Shown piece after piece: positions 51,704-63,625 of a DNA stretch of 64,000 bases. The DNA is from Paramoeba atlantica. Lineage: Eukaryota > Protista > Discosea. Below the pieces are notes generated by a model. That model did no database searches. It was not told the origin of the DNA and saw nothing but the letters and a program-made list of their open reading frames with translations. The DNA lies in NCBI GenBank assembly GCA_977017575.1, contig CDRNVI010000002.1, positions 558,001 through 622,000 of the forward strand, given 5' to 3'. Both the position numbers and the translations under genes were made by a program. Each line of letters opens with the position of its first letter. Within the stretch, counting starts at the first letter, position 1.

Positions 51704-54700
51704 TTACTTTCTTTTACGAAGTTTATGGCCAGGATAAAGGGTCCGTTGATTTCGGATGCATTTAAAACGTTCCTGCGGAATCATCCCCGATGCGACGTAC
51801 GTATTATGTTTCCGTGCGATCGCATCCCTCATTAGGGCCCCACTCCCTCGCCGCAAGTTCGACGGCGCCAATTCATGGATTACAGTGAGGTCGTAGAAGA
51901 CTTCACCGGACGCCCAATATATGACTATATCAGGTCCGGACCGGTGAAGACTAGCATTTCGGCAGATCTGTTGGTGCTCACGTTTGCGCCAATGCGGGAA
52001 CGACTCCCCGCAAGTGGAGCATTTGTAGGTCGTAAATTGTCGTGGCTCCCGCTCGCATGGTACCCCAGCCTTCATGCACAGATCGTAAATTCTACGCACC
52101 AGCGCATCATGTTTCGTCGTGGCATTGTTTCCAGAGCACTGAACACATCCCGCTATGTGCGAGAGGGCTGACGAAGACTCAAGAATGACTCGACACCCCG
52201 GGCATTGTAAGTTTCCTGGAAGCCGCGGGTGACTGAGACCAAGACGAGGTATAAGTGCCAAGGTGTAAAATTTGGAAGATACTAGTTTTGCGTTCGACTG
52301 TATCCACGATGAATTCCCTTTCTCGCTTGCGGCGCGCAGTAACGACGCGACATTCGGGTCTTTCGACAGCGATTCCTTAATTGATTTGTTAAGCTGTGCT
52401 TCGGTGACGAATTCGTCGTTAGGGGGGCGGATTGAATCTTCATTTCCTACCGGCGATGGGGATGTAAGGCCTGTCGCTCGAACTGAAAGTGAATTTAGTC
52501 GTTCAAAAGCGTTGTGCCTCGACGCCTCATACGCCGATTTTCGTAGAAGATCCGTGGGCGTCAGCCCTAAACCTCCACTCTTTACCGGAAGTCGTGCCCA
52601 CGCGATCTGTTTCGGATTCATTTCTCCGAACCAGGTGGTCAGAACTTCTTGCACCTCTTTGTCGAAGGATTTCGCCATCTCAAAGGTTTCCTCTGGCCGA
52701 TGGACTCGTATGTGGTACCTGTGTCTCACATTAACGCATCGCGACAAGAGGAGCATCGAAATGTTATTCGCACCCATGGTTTTCAGCCGCCGGAAAATTG
52801 CCCGGTGTTTTTCAAGCTTGTTGAGAAGTAATTCGCTGACTCTGGTTGATCCCCCTAAATAGGCTCCTAGAACTTTGACGGCTTTTTCGGCTATCTGAAC
52901 ACCTTCGTTGACTAGTTTCTCGGGTAGTTTGACGTTGTTTAATCCATCAAACCAAACACATTTTTGCGGCGCAAGTCGGATCGATTTACTTTCCAGGAGC
53001 TCCTTGAGACGGACGTATGCAGAGGCGATGAGATCCACATCGTGTGAGGAGATGTTGATGTCATCGACATAAGCGTATATGTTAAGCGATGGGAATTCCT
53101 GCGCGATCGTCTCAAGAATCGGTTGAAGAAATGTACAGAAATACAACGTTGATAACGGCGACCCCTGACGCACTCGAGCCGAACTCTCGACTTTGGAGAA
53201 TAATTCCCCGTTTTTGCCATAGAAGAGGAGCTCTGATGGTTCCCCATATTCAGCAACAAAAAGTCGCTGAAAGGGTCGAAGTGCGCTAAACGCGAAAATC
53301 GCTTTCGCAATGTCATCGCGTGAAGGGCTGTTAAAGGCGTTTTTCATGTCCAGAGAGAGAATGGCGTGTCCTTCCATGTACCGACGATTGAGCTCGTGCA
53401 CGATAGTTTCACAGCCCGCTTGGCTCATAACCCCGTGTTGCATCGGAAGAAACAGCTTCGCGAATTTGTGTTCATGTCGAAGTATTAGGACCAGCCCCGC
53501 CAACTTCAACAGAACCTCCCCCATCGCCACAGGCCTAACGGATTTTGATGTCTTGGGAAGTGCCACGAGACGCGCTCTCCTCAATCTACGCATGACTTCT
53601 TTGGACAGCATCCCGTTGACAAGATCACAGATCATATGACACAGACTGGAACAACAGATCTCATCATCCAATAACAACCGAACAATGGCTTCCGTTGTAC
53701 CCGAAGGTCCGGGAGCCGATCCCTTTGCTAGTCTTTTCCCTGCATCACGTAGCTCTTGCGGTGGGAGGCACGCAATCTTCGGGGCGTCTGTCGGAAGCGC
53801 GAATGAAATAGGCAACGAGGGATGCAATTTTCGCAATTGGTCCAATTTTCCTTCATCCGTCATCGTTGTAGTTGCAGTTTCCTGATCTAATACTCGCGTT
53901 CCCTTCTTCGTTGCTCCTTCCAAGAGCAGTCTCGTTGCTTTCTTTATAGCCCGCAAATCACTCGCCTTTTGCTCCGCTTCACTGTTCAGAGTTGTCGTCT
54001 CCTGAATTTCAACTGGACGGCGACGACGCTTCTTTCCAATGATGTGGCGCACTGTGGCTAAAGAGTGTTTCATTGCCGACAGAGTTCTGTTCCAAATTTG
54101 ATTCCGTTGCTCGTACGAGGAACTCGCGTAGTCCCTCATGATATCCCGATAGATCGCGACAACACAAGGTACAAACTCGGAACTAACGGACCGTAAGGTG
54201 GGCATTGGGTCGAGGTCCAAATCAGCTTCGGTGTGATCAAGATCATGTCTGTCTTTGTCTTCTGTGGAATTCGTTTCCCCCGCGTTTCTCCTTGGCTCAT
54301 CAAGCCAGCGTATCGAATGTTTATCGAATGAATTCGCACGTTGGGATTCGGCGGAATAAACCCCTCAAATTTGGTTCCAGATTTGTGCCCTTCCACGCCT
54401 TCATATGATATGGCTATTCTACCGGCTCCCGCCCGTTATTTCATCATCATAAAGAGAAAAAGAAAAAGAAAAAGAAAAAGAAAATCTTAATGGATAGTTC
54501 TTGGATAGTTGGGTTGCTGTTCGTCTGTTGTAGGTGTAGATTTCTCTTCGTAAATTGAGAGAAGGGGGGAAGGTGAACAAAAAAAAAAAAAAAAAAAAAA
54601 AAACTGGACAACTGGGACCCCACAGAAGCTGAGGGATTTTCCAGCTCAGCACATGACATAAATGACAAAAAAAAACCCGTTTCTTGACTGATTTCACCAC

Positions 54701-54973
54701 ACCCCTCGATATATTTAATTGTGTGGAATCGCTAAAACACCACGCCACCAGGCAACCATCACCGCGCTTCGACATTTTTGATTGATCCCAAACGAGGTCT
54801 GGTGCCATAGGGAAATGTCGAGCCGAATCTATCGTTCCTTTCCACGTCTCTATTATTCTCGCTTCTTCAGCTAATCCGGCCGGGGGTGCTTCAACTGCGG
54901 TTTCAATGGTCGTGTTTGTTTGTTCACTGTCTTCGACCTCCGATTCCCCAGCAGCATTGAAAACCGGAATCAC
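51704..54973 (-). pseudogene. SLACS-like family B2 ORF; RT-RLE part 51760-54220 open, N-terminus broken by a frameshift and an insertion at ~54430-54675, C-terminus truncated
   Basis: RVRQGSPLS, YVDD, CPGC, TKHDALVR, GPDI, YDLTVIH. Tudor-like module split across 54320-54420 and 54676-54760. Confidence 0.88.
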
Positions 54974-55018
54974 ATTATGGCTGATGCTCCCTCCAGCGCG
55001 TGTCGGGATTTCGTCGGG

Positions 55019-55135
55019 CTTTGTTAAGACCCTTTCTTTTGTTAAGACCCTTTCTTTTGTTAAGACCTTTCTTTTTATGAGAACCTTTCTTTTTATGAGA
55101 ACCTTTCTTTTTATGAGAACCTTTCTTTTTATGAT
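55019..55135 (+). repeat. 18-bp tandem repeats (TTTTGTTAAGACCCTTTC-type x3, then TTTTTATGAGAACCTTTC-type x3-4), probably B2 5' UTR
   Basis: Direct reading. Lies upstream of the B2 ORF on the minus strand. Confidence 0.8.
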
Positions 55136-55298
55136 TCGTTCCTTTAGATATTATGAAAGTATCGCACATATGTCCCGTATCCCAAAATATCACGAATGTT
55201 CACGTATCGCATAAAGTTCCCGTATCCCAAAAAACACTTACCATACGCCGTATCATACACCCCGATTTGTGAGGATTCTGCAGCTATTCCTTGCCTTC

Positions 55299-56930
55299 CT
55301 AGAAAGCCATTTCATCGTCTTCCAACGGTAGGAAAAATTGTCTGAGCTGACCGATAATGACTGATCCGTGGAGTTCTTGCAAACGAAGCACGAAATCTTG
55401 AATGGCTCTCTCCCGTTCGAGCCCACACGCATCGGCCAGTGTATGCAGAAGGATTTTCGTGTTCCCGTGCAAAGCGCCTCCCGATAGCATAGGTATACAT
55501 CGAAATTGGTGGCTTGGTATTTGCTTGGAAAGAACGTAGGTATTATGCTTTCGTCGTATAACTTCGCGCATTAGCTGTGCACCGGATCTGGATACGTTAG
55601 ACGGGGAGAGCTAGACCCTTTCTTAAGACTCTTACTTTTGTATGATTTCAATTTTTTGCGCATATTCGCTGGCCTGTTGTTCATTCAAAAACAAAGGTCT
55701 TAACAAAAGCCCGTGGAGCGCATACATTATATACGCGCCGATTACTATCAAATGTTCACATTCTAATAAACTAATATCCCTTTCTTTTCTTAAGAAGTAT
55801 TTGAGATGACAAGCTTAAAAACTTGTCTCAGTGTATTGGTCGTGAGCTAGAAACTGGCGGAGTTGAGCGTGGAGGATACTTCCTGCCTGTTCCTGGTGGA
55901 GTAGCGTAAATGTTTCCATTACGCTGTGTCTCTCTAGCCCGCAACGGTCCGCAATAGCCCACAGGAGATTCCGAGTGGCGTTGTGCATGGAACCGCAGGA
56001 CAGAACAGGGATACATTCAAAGCATTCCTTGTTTATCATGCCACTGTCAACATAGCGTACACGCTTGCGCTTTATCGCTTCGTAATTCCTCTCCGGGTAT
56101 GCTCTCTGCTATTTTATCTCCACATTTGTAAGAAGAAAGACGTAAAGTTTCTATGCTATATGAATTGAGTAAATGCTACTACATATTCGTTCTTTGATGA
56201 AAGGTATGTTGTTTACGCTAACTTTGAAGAGAAAATTTTTTATTACTTGAAATCTAGTTGACTTACGAGTGGGTGTTCGCCGGCACCCACCCGCGAACAA
56301 AACTACCCACCTAGAAGGAAAAAGAATAGAAAAATATTCTGTAAAAAAATAATATGCTATTTTGTAATTCGTCACTACGAAGGTAATAAAGACAACATAC
56401 TAAACAAATTTTTAACCACTCCGATGAATTACTTTCGTAAACTTTCATTCATGAGGAATGTCGTATTGTGTTTGATATTCGAGGGAGCCAGTTCGTGAAC
56501 TACTGTGAGGTCGTAGTATTTCTCTCCTGAAGCCCATTGAATTGCGAGGTCGGGGCCCGTGCGACGCAGAGTACTTCCAACACATGTCCTGGTATGTTCC
56601 GTTTTGTTTTCAGGGTGGATCGTGGCTGCGCACGCAGAGCACTCATAGTAACTGAACTGACGAGGTTCACGTTCACACGGCAAGCCAGCTCGGAGGCATA
56701 GCTCGTAAAGGTAGCGAACAAGGGCATGATGCTTCGTAGTTACATTGTGTCCTGCACATTTGACGCATCCAGGTATGTGGGTTAGCGCTTCCGAGGAGCT
56801 TAGGAGCTTTTTGCATCCCGGGCATAGCAACGAGTTTGGCAGTTGTGGGTGGCTTATTTTTAGTCGTGACATGATGTTTAGCGTGTAGATGTGCGAAGGA
56901 ATGATTTTGCGATTCCCGATAAGCCATTCA
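55299..56930 (-). pseudogene. Three separate SLACS-like C-terminal fragments (55299-55571, 55815-56090, 56429-56930)
   Basis: CIPMLSGGALH, CIPVLSCGSMH, CPGC..TKHHALVR..GPDL..YDLTVVH. Confidence 0.8.
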
Positions 56931-57103
56931 TAGCTCCCTTTCTTGCTGCAAGCTTTAATCGTCGGAGCCCACTCCTTGTTTTTGAGAAGATTTGTCTGGA
57001 TTTCTGTGGCTCTTTTGGTCTCCTATATTCAGCCTATGCAGTCGTCTCTCAATTGCGCCAATATATAGAAACCGAGAAATGGGTAGGAGGACTCCGTCTT
57101 TAA
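56930..57103 (+). pseudogene. C-terminal tip of a B3-like ORF
   Basis: AYAVVSQLRQYIETEKWVGGLR matches AYTIVSQLREYIPEAHWIGGLR. Confidence 0.75.
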
Positions 57104-57119
57104 ACACTCCTCTGAATAT

Positions 57120-57405
57120 TACATTTTCGCTGCTTTTAACATTTCGTTAATAATGTTTCGTTGCTTTCAGCCTTTGGTGATTAATAATGTTTCGTTGCTT
57201 TCAGCCTTTGGTGATTACTGTTTCGCTGCTTGGTTAGGTTTCAGCCTTTGGTTATTTTTTTTTTGCTGCTTGGTGATTATTGTTCCGCAGCTTTCAGCTC
57301 TTGGTTGTTACTGTTTCGCTGCTTTGGGTTATCACCGTTTCGCTGCTTTGAGTCGTCACTTTTTCGCTGCTTTCAGCATTCGGCTATTACTGTTTTGCTT
57401 TTTTG
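57120..57405 (+). repeat. Degenerate minisatellite (~20-33-bp units containing TTTCGYTGCTTT)
   Basis: About 8-9 recurrences of the core. Confidence 0.75.
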
Positions 57406-57779
57406 AGTAACATGTGAATAAATAAAGGAACGGAAAACACGTGAAACTATTATTTTGAGTATACAGCAACATTGTATACTGCCATTGTATACTACAACAA
57501 GACGTTAAAGTCGTAAAAAAAAGACTAAATCATTGATCGACTAAAAAAAAATAAACGCATCTTTAGACCTTTACTTTTATTAAGACCTTTACTTTTAAAA
57601 AAAAAAAAAAAAAGTATGTGGATCAAAAGGTTTTTTTTTTTTTTTTTTGTGAGCTTGTAAAAAAAAAAAAAAAAAAAAAAAAAGGAGGGGAAGGAAGTAG
57701 GGGAAGGAAGGAAGTATGGTGAAAGGTTTTAAGTGGTGGAAAGTTCGAAACATAGATATAAACATTAGAATCAATACTA

Positions 57780-57812
<33 letters not shown>

Positions 57813-57933
57813 ACAGAGTCATTAAAGAATCGTTGAGTAAGGACCCGAAAATTGCACCAGTGCTGAGAGCAGCAAGTAAAAAAAAATAATCTCCCGCTTT
57901 TTTTTTTGTGAACACTATTGTGGTATTCTTGAT

Positions 57934-60250
57934 TTATCTTGTCTCCTCGTCCTCAGGTGTCTTATGTGATTCCTCCAACGTCCCTGCAGGTGCTGGCGGT
58001 TCCATGCGTTGTGCCATCCGAGCTGAAAAGGTTTTTTGATGCTCAAAAACGGCATGTCGCGATGAAGTGTACGCAGCGTTCCGCAAGGGTTCTGTTGCTG
58101 GAATACCCAATCCACCTTTCTTTAAAGGTAGTCTTGCTATCATTTCTTGCTCTGGACTCAGAGGTCCCAACCACGATGTGACGACATTCTTGATCTCGTG
58201 GTCAAATTTTTGCGCTAGCTCAAGTGAGGCCTCTGGTTTATGTACCCGTACGTGATAACGGTGCCGAACGTTTACGCTGCGCGATAGCAAAAGCAGGGAC
58301 GCGTTGTTGGCACCCATCTTTTTAAGACGTCTGAATATCGTATGGTGTTTTTCCAGCGTTCGGATTAATTCGGATCCTATGCGCTGTTCCTCCCCAACGA
58401 ATGCACCCAGTACTTTAATGACTTCGCTCTCTGTACGCACACCTTCTTCTTTGAGTGTTGATGGAATGGGGGCGTCGCTTTTCCCTTCAAACCAGATGCA
58501 TTTTTCGTTATTGAGTTGAATTCCTTTAGTGAGAAGCAGGGTTTGTAACCGGTGGTATGCCGCCTCGACCTCTTTTCCACTAGGAGAAGTGAGGCTGACG
58601 TCGTCGACGTAAGCTAGAACTTTGACGTTTGGAAATTCCTGCGCTATGGTCTCCAACATGGGTTGCAGAAAGCAGCAAAAGAAAACCGTCGAGAGTGGGG
58701 AGCCTTGACGAACACCTGCATTGCTCTCAAGTACGCAGTACAATGTACCGGTATGTCCGTAAAAAAGAAGTTCTGAGGCTTCTTTGTATTGCGCCGCAAA
58801 CACTCTTTGAAAGGGCTTCATTGTGGCGAAACCAAAGACTGCTTTTGCTATTTCGTCACGGGATGGAACGTTGAATGCGTTGCGAAAGTCGAGCGATAAA
58901 ATGACGTGGCCTTGCTCATATAGATCACTGAGATTATGTATTACGCTTTCACAACCGGATTTGGATAACACTCCTTGTTGAAGGGGCTGGAATAAGGTAG
59001 CGAGCGATGATTCGTGTCGAAGTAATAGGACGAGTTCAGCGAGTTTTAGTAGTGTTTCTCCCATGGCGATTGGACGAACTCCTCCATTTGGCTTTGGAAT
59101 AGCCACCAATCGAGCTCTTTTCAATCGTCGCATAATGTCGGTAGGCAGCACCCCGTTGACCAGATCCACTAGCATGTGGCACAAGCTTCTGCAGCATATT
59201 CCGTCGTCGATTAGCAGACGGAGAATGATTAGCAGACGGAGAATTTTTTTTTCAGACGGAGAATGACGTCATTCATCCCGGTCGGACCTGGAGATGAACC
59301 TTTGGCCAACCGGCGACCAGCAAGTCGAAGTTCCTCGGGCGATATGCAAGCCATTGCCGGCGCATCGAGTGGCAACGTGAAGGTGCAAGGATGCTTTGGA
59401 TGTAGTTTCTCCAATTTTTCCAGAATTTCCTGATCTGACGCACTTGTTGTGATCATTTCCCGGTCTAAAATTTTAGTAGCCCTGGATGTCGCACCCTCCT
59501 TTACTAGCCGCATTGCTTTCTTAATGGCTCGATTGTCACAGTTTTCTTCGTGGGTCTTGTTAGTATCGTTGCGTGATCGAAAAGGGCGATTCCTGCGTCT
59601 TCTTTCTGATTCGGCCCGTACTGTCGGATTCTGGCTCGTACGAAATCTTTGCAGCTGATATCCTTTCTTGAGAAGGACAAACGGGGTACAGACTATGCGA
59701 TATGAAGGAACAATGGCAGGAATGTGTTTCGTTTTTTTTGTTTTTGTTTTGATTTGAAAGAACTTCACGATATTCAAGTTCAAGTAAAATCAAAATTTCC
59801 ATTGTGCAATTCTTTTCGTAAACTTTCAGTATCTGGGCCGTTGTATACGAGGTTCCGTGACTGTGATGAATCCGAGTGTTCTGATTGCGTGTCGCAGTCC
59901 GTTTGCAAGATGTTCTTTATATTCAACGAACTTGAATTTGAGATTTTGATTCACTTTTTATAAAGAACAGTGACAAAGAACACTACATAAGAAAAAGGTC
60001 TGTTTCAAAGTAAACTTCGTAGCCTGACATCTTCGTCTTCTTTTCTTCGTCTGACGCAATCGTCTCAAAGCCTGTCGCCAATGAGAACTTGACTGCCGAT
60101 AGCAACTTATGCCATATCTGGTTTTTGAGCTTTTGCGGACTATCCGCGTATTCACGCATGAGGTCTCTGAAAATTGAAATGACGCATGGAATGAATTCGG
60201 TTTCAATGGTTTTTGTCGTGGGAAGTGGTTCAAAGTCAAGGTCTTTTTTT
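57934..60250 (-). pseudogene. SLACS-like RT region broken by small insertions (59245-59264, ~59640-59960)
   Basis: DLDFEPLP..CVISIFR, SPGPTG, RPIAMGE, GVRQGSPLS, YVDD. Confidence 0.85.
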
Positions 60251-60254
60251 CTCA

Positions 60255-61980
60255 ATACCATCTTTCCACCCCCCGCACCATCGACGCCATCGCCACCTCG
60301 GGCACCCTCACCTCCGCCGTCTGCGCCGACGCCTCCGCCATCTCCGCGATCTTCGTTGCCTCCTACACCGCTCGCATTTCGAGGGCCGACGACCCTTCCG
60401 CCGACTGAAGCGCGTTCGCCGTCGCCACCTCCGCCCCTCACATTGCGGGAGCCGTCGTCCCCCCAAACGAATACACCGCGATCGGACCCGGTGTTACCAC
60501 CACCATTGCCGTCTCCGACACCACTACCCTTGCCGCTGCCGACACCCCGCAAGCCTCGAATCAAAGTGATAATGCAGAAAAAGAAGCCTGAGGATCACAG
60601 GTTGCACCGAGATAAAGAACAAACAACTCTGGAACCCTCTCGTCTGGAAACACTCGGGAAAGTTGCTGGCGTCGTCGGAAAAACCGTGTGGAAAGGTCTT
60701 CTGACACTGCACGGTTTCCCAACTGCGGAAGAAAGATTGGAGCGCGAACGAAGGCTCTCGGAGATCGAAGCTCAAGAAAAGCAATTCAGCGCCCCATCGC
60801 CCACTTCGTCGGACTTGGCTACATCCTCCGTTGTCAAAAGCATTGAGACTCCAGCGCCGAGCATGAGAGGAGAGACGAAGGAGTCAGATACACAAGATCA
60901 GACCTTTGCTGACTGTATTACGCCCGACGAAACTCGGGCTCACCCCAACTGAACCGATTCGCGAAGCAGCGTTCTTCAAATCCAAACGAGCAGCTATGGA
61001 GCGACCAATTCATCTTTCAGCTCCCGCTACTCTAATGGATTTGCCAGCGCTGAACTCGCTCTCCAGCCAACGACCTCTCACTGATGAAGCGGTTACGGAA
61101 GAAGTCCACCACAATGCAGTGCGCGAGTCTTTGATGAAAGACAAGGGTCAGGCTGATATCATTCGTGTGGCCAGTGCGAAAGGGAATTACAATTGGCTCA
61201 CCGCTTGCACCAAATTCATTCCTTCGCGACTTTTCACGTTGGCGATAATGCCCCGTTTCGGAATAGAGCATCCGTTGCTACCATCGAAGGTACAATGTCC
61301 TGGGTGCCACGTTCTCCTCACCTCCAGCAGCGCAATTGCTCACGTGTCCGGATGCGTTAAATGCTCTGGGATTAACGCTACCACAAAACACAACAGAATG
61401 GTGCGTCAACTCTATGCGCTATGTATTAAGGCCGGCATTCCCTGCGAGCTCGAACCTAGACAATTCGCGACATACACCTGCGGAAAGTGCGGTACCACTG
61501 TTGACGGTGAAAATAAAGCGTCACACCAAAGGACTTGCGGATCTGGTTCATTCCACCATTCCGGGCCAGATTTAGTCATCCATTGGGCAGACGGGGACAT
61601 CTTTTATGATTTTACCGTCATACACGAGCTTTCACAATCCAACATCAAACGCAGCGGCGCAATTCTCATGCGAGACGCTATCAAGCGTAAGATTAACCGG
61701 TACGTCGTGTCGAGCTTAATTCCGAAACAGCAGTTTTTGTGCATTCCCATGCTTTCTGGAGGCGCCATGCATCCAAACACCAAGGAATTATTGTCGGCTC
61801 TTGCAGATGCATGTGGACTGGCACGCGATAAGATTCACCAGGATTTCGCTTTGCAATTGCAAGAACTGAATGGTTCGGTCGCAATGTCTCAATTTAGGAA
61901 ATACTTGGCACCGGTCGATGGAGATGAAACGGCCCTGTGAATACCAGTTGAATGCCGTTAGCGAGGTGCGTTAAAAAAAA
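60255..61980 (+). pseudogene. Pro-rich N-terminal piece fused to a SLACS-like C-terminal piece (60930-61940) with 3' UTR and A-tail
   Basis: LGLTPTEP, CPGC, TKHNRMVR, GPDL, YDFTVIH, CIPMLSGG. Confidence 0.8.
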
Positions 61981-62328
61981 ATAGGAAATCTTTAACGGTG
62001 AATTTTGAATACACGATAAATCAAGAATACCACAATAGTGTTCACATTAGTAATTCCGATAATATATTTGTTAAGACCCTTTCAGTCTATAAATCAGCTC
62101 GACTGCCGATATCGTTGGCGAGAGGCACGGAGGAAACGGCGGTGATGTCAACAGGGGAAGCCGAGTAAATTGGAAATAAGTTAAGGCTGCAAGTTGCAGC
62201 TATAAGGTTAAAAATTTTTGCACAAATGATGGCGAATATATCTAAATATAGTTACCTTCGTCAAAAAAAAAAAAGATATTTTATTTATAAAAGGATTTTC
62301 TGCAAAAAAAAAAAAAAAAAAAAAATAG

Positions 62329-62359
62329 ACGATAAAGATACAGTTTCTGTACCTTGTTG
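62329..62359 (+). other. SL exon-like sequence (31 nt) followed by polyY-AG and ATG 62388
   Basis: ACGATAAAGATACAGTTTCTGTACCTTGTTG, identical to the other copies. Confidence 0.8.
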
Positions 62360-62387
62360 TTTTCTTCCATACACCATCTTCCAGACC

Positions 62388-63446
62388 ATGGGAGGGCACC
62401 CCCCTCAAATACACTCCTTTTTGTCGGCATCCCCCTTCCCCGTCTCGTCCCATCACCCCCCTGCGCCGCATCCCCCCACCTCACCCTCCCTCCGCAGTGC
62501 GCTTGCCCCCCTGTTGTGTTTCTCTCTCGCGTCCCCCACCCCCGTGTCAGCAGCCAAAAGTATACAATACTTGCTCACGGGGTGGGGGCAGAGTTCCTGG
62601 CAGATGGGCCCGTGCTTCGCCTCCTCTCGCCCCTGCGTCAGTCCCCCCGTGTCTCTCTCCGCGCTCTTCTCAAGCGCGGAGGAAGCTAATTTTCACCTCG
62701 AACATACAAGTAACTACGTTAACCCGTATCTTTTCAGATACACGCTCATGATGCGCTTGGGAATCGGCGTGCCAAAAGCACCGACCAAAATGATTTGCCC
62801 TGGATGTTCGAATCAAGAATCTCCTTCAACCATCCTTCCCCACGTTGCTGGATGTTCCCGTTACTCCGGCATGAACTCTACCCGCAAGCATTCACACATC
62901 GTCCGTTATCTCGCAGAGTTATGCTCAAAAGCAGGCCTTCCTAGTGTTATCGAACCGCGCATTTACTCTTCGTACCACTGCACAAAATGTAAGTGCACGA
63001 TTTCCGCAGAAGTCGCCGAGCAACATCCTTGCAAAGCCCGCCGCATTCGTTCCGGCCCAGATCTTGCCATCATGTGGCCTCACATCGGTGAGGTGCTCTA
63101 TGATTTTACAGTGGTTCATACGTGCTGTACTAGCTATGCCAAACAAACCAGCTCTGCCCTCATGCAACAGGTCGCCGACAGAAAGTACAAGAAATATGTG
63201 GTTGAGAAAGGCGTCGACAGCGATTCATTCAAATGTCTGGCCGCAACAGATTGCGGCCTGCTACATGTTGATACAAAGGCCCTATTAAAGGCTCTCTCAC
63301 AAAGAGCGAAGCTGAACTATGATAACGTGCGCAACGCGTTCCAACTCGAGATTGAGAAGATGTCCGCTTACACGATAGTATCTCAACTCAGAGACTACAT
63401 CCCGGCAGAGAAATGGATGGGAGGACTTCGTATAAGTTTACGATAA
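62388..63446 (+). CDS. Short ORF: ~96 aa of unassigned sequence fused to a B3-like zinc-finger/RLE C-terminus (no RT)
   Basis: From ~62677, closely matches 48920-49677 (NYVNPYLFRYTLMMRLG..GPDLAIMWPH). Confidence 0.65.
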   Translation: MGGHPPQIHSFLSASPFPVSSHHPPAPHPPTSPSLRSALAPLLCFSLASPTPVSAAKSIQYLLTGWGQSSWQMGPCFASSRPCVSPPVSLSALFSSAEEANFHLEHTSNYVNPYLFRYTLMMRLGIGVPKAPTKMICPGCSNQESPSTILPHVAGCSRYSGMNSTRKHSHIVRYLAELCSKAGLPSVIEPRIYSSYHCTKCKCTISAEVAEQHPCKARRIRSGPDLAIMWPHIGEVLYDFTVVHTCCTSYAKQTSSALMQQVADRKYKKYVVEKGVDSDSFKCLAATDCGLLHVDTKALLKALSQRAKLNYDNVRNAFQLEIEKMSAYTIVSQLRDYIPAEKWMGGLRISLR

Positions 63447-63625
63447 GAAATTTAGGAGACTTTATTTTGTTGATATTGCAGATGGTGCCCCGAAAGGGGT
63501 CTAAACTGTTTTCAAATTCTACCCCGAAATGGGTCTAAACTATTTATCTATGTACCAGGGATAGATTGAGGTAATTATAAATATACTGTATATTAGTGAC
63601 ATTTCCTCCTATAAACAACAAAAAC

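Noticed and set aside
55019-57405. CRISPR-like arrays
   Set aside because: The repeats are contiguous or degenerate, with no unique spacers and no cas genes; the context is eukaryotic.
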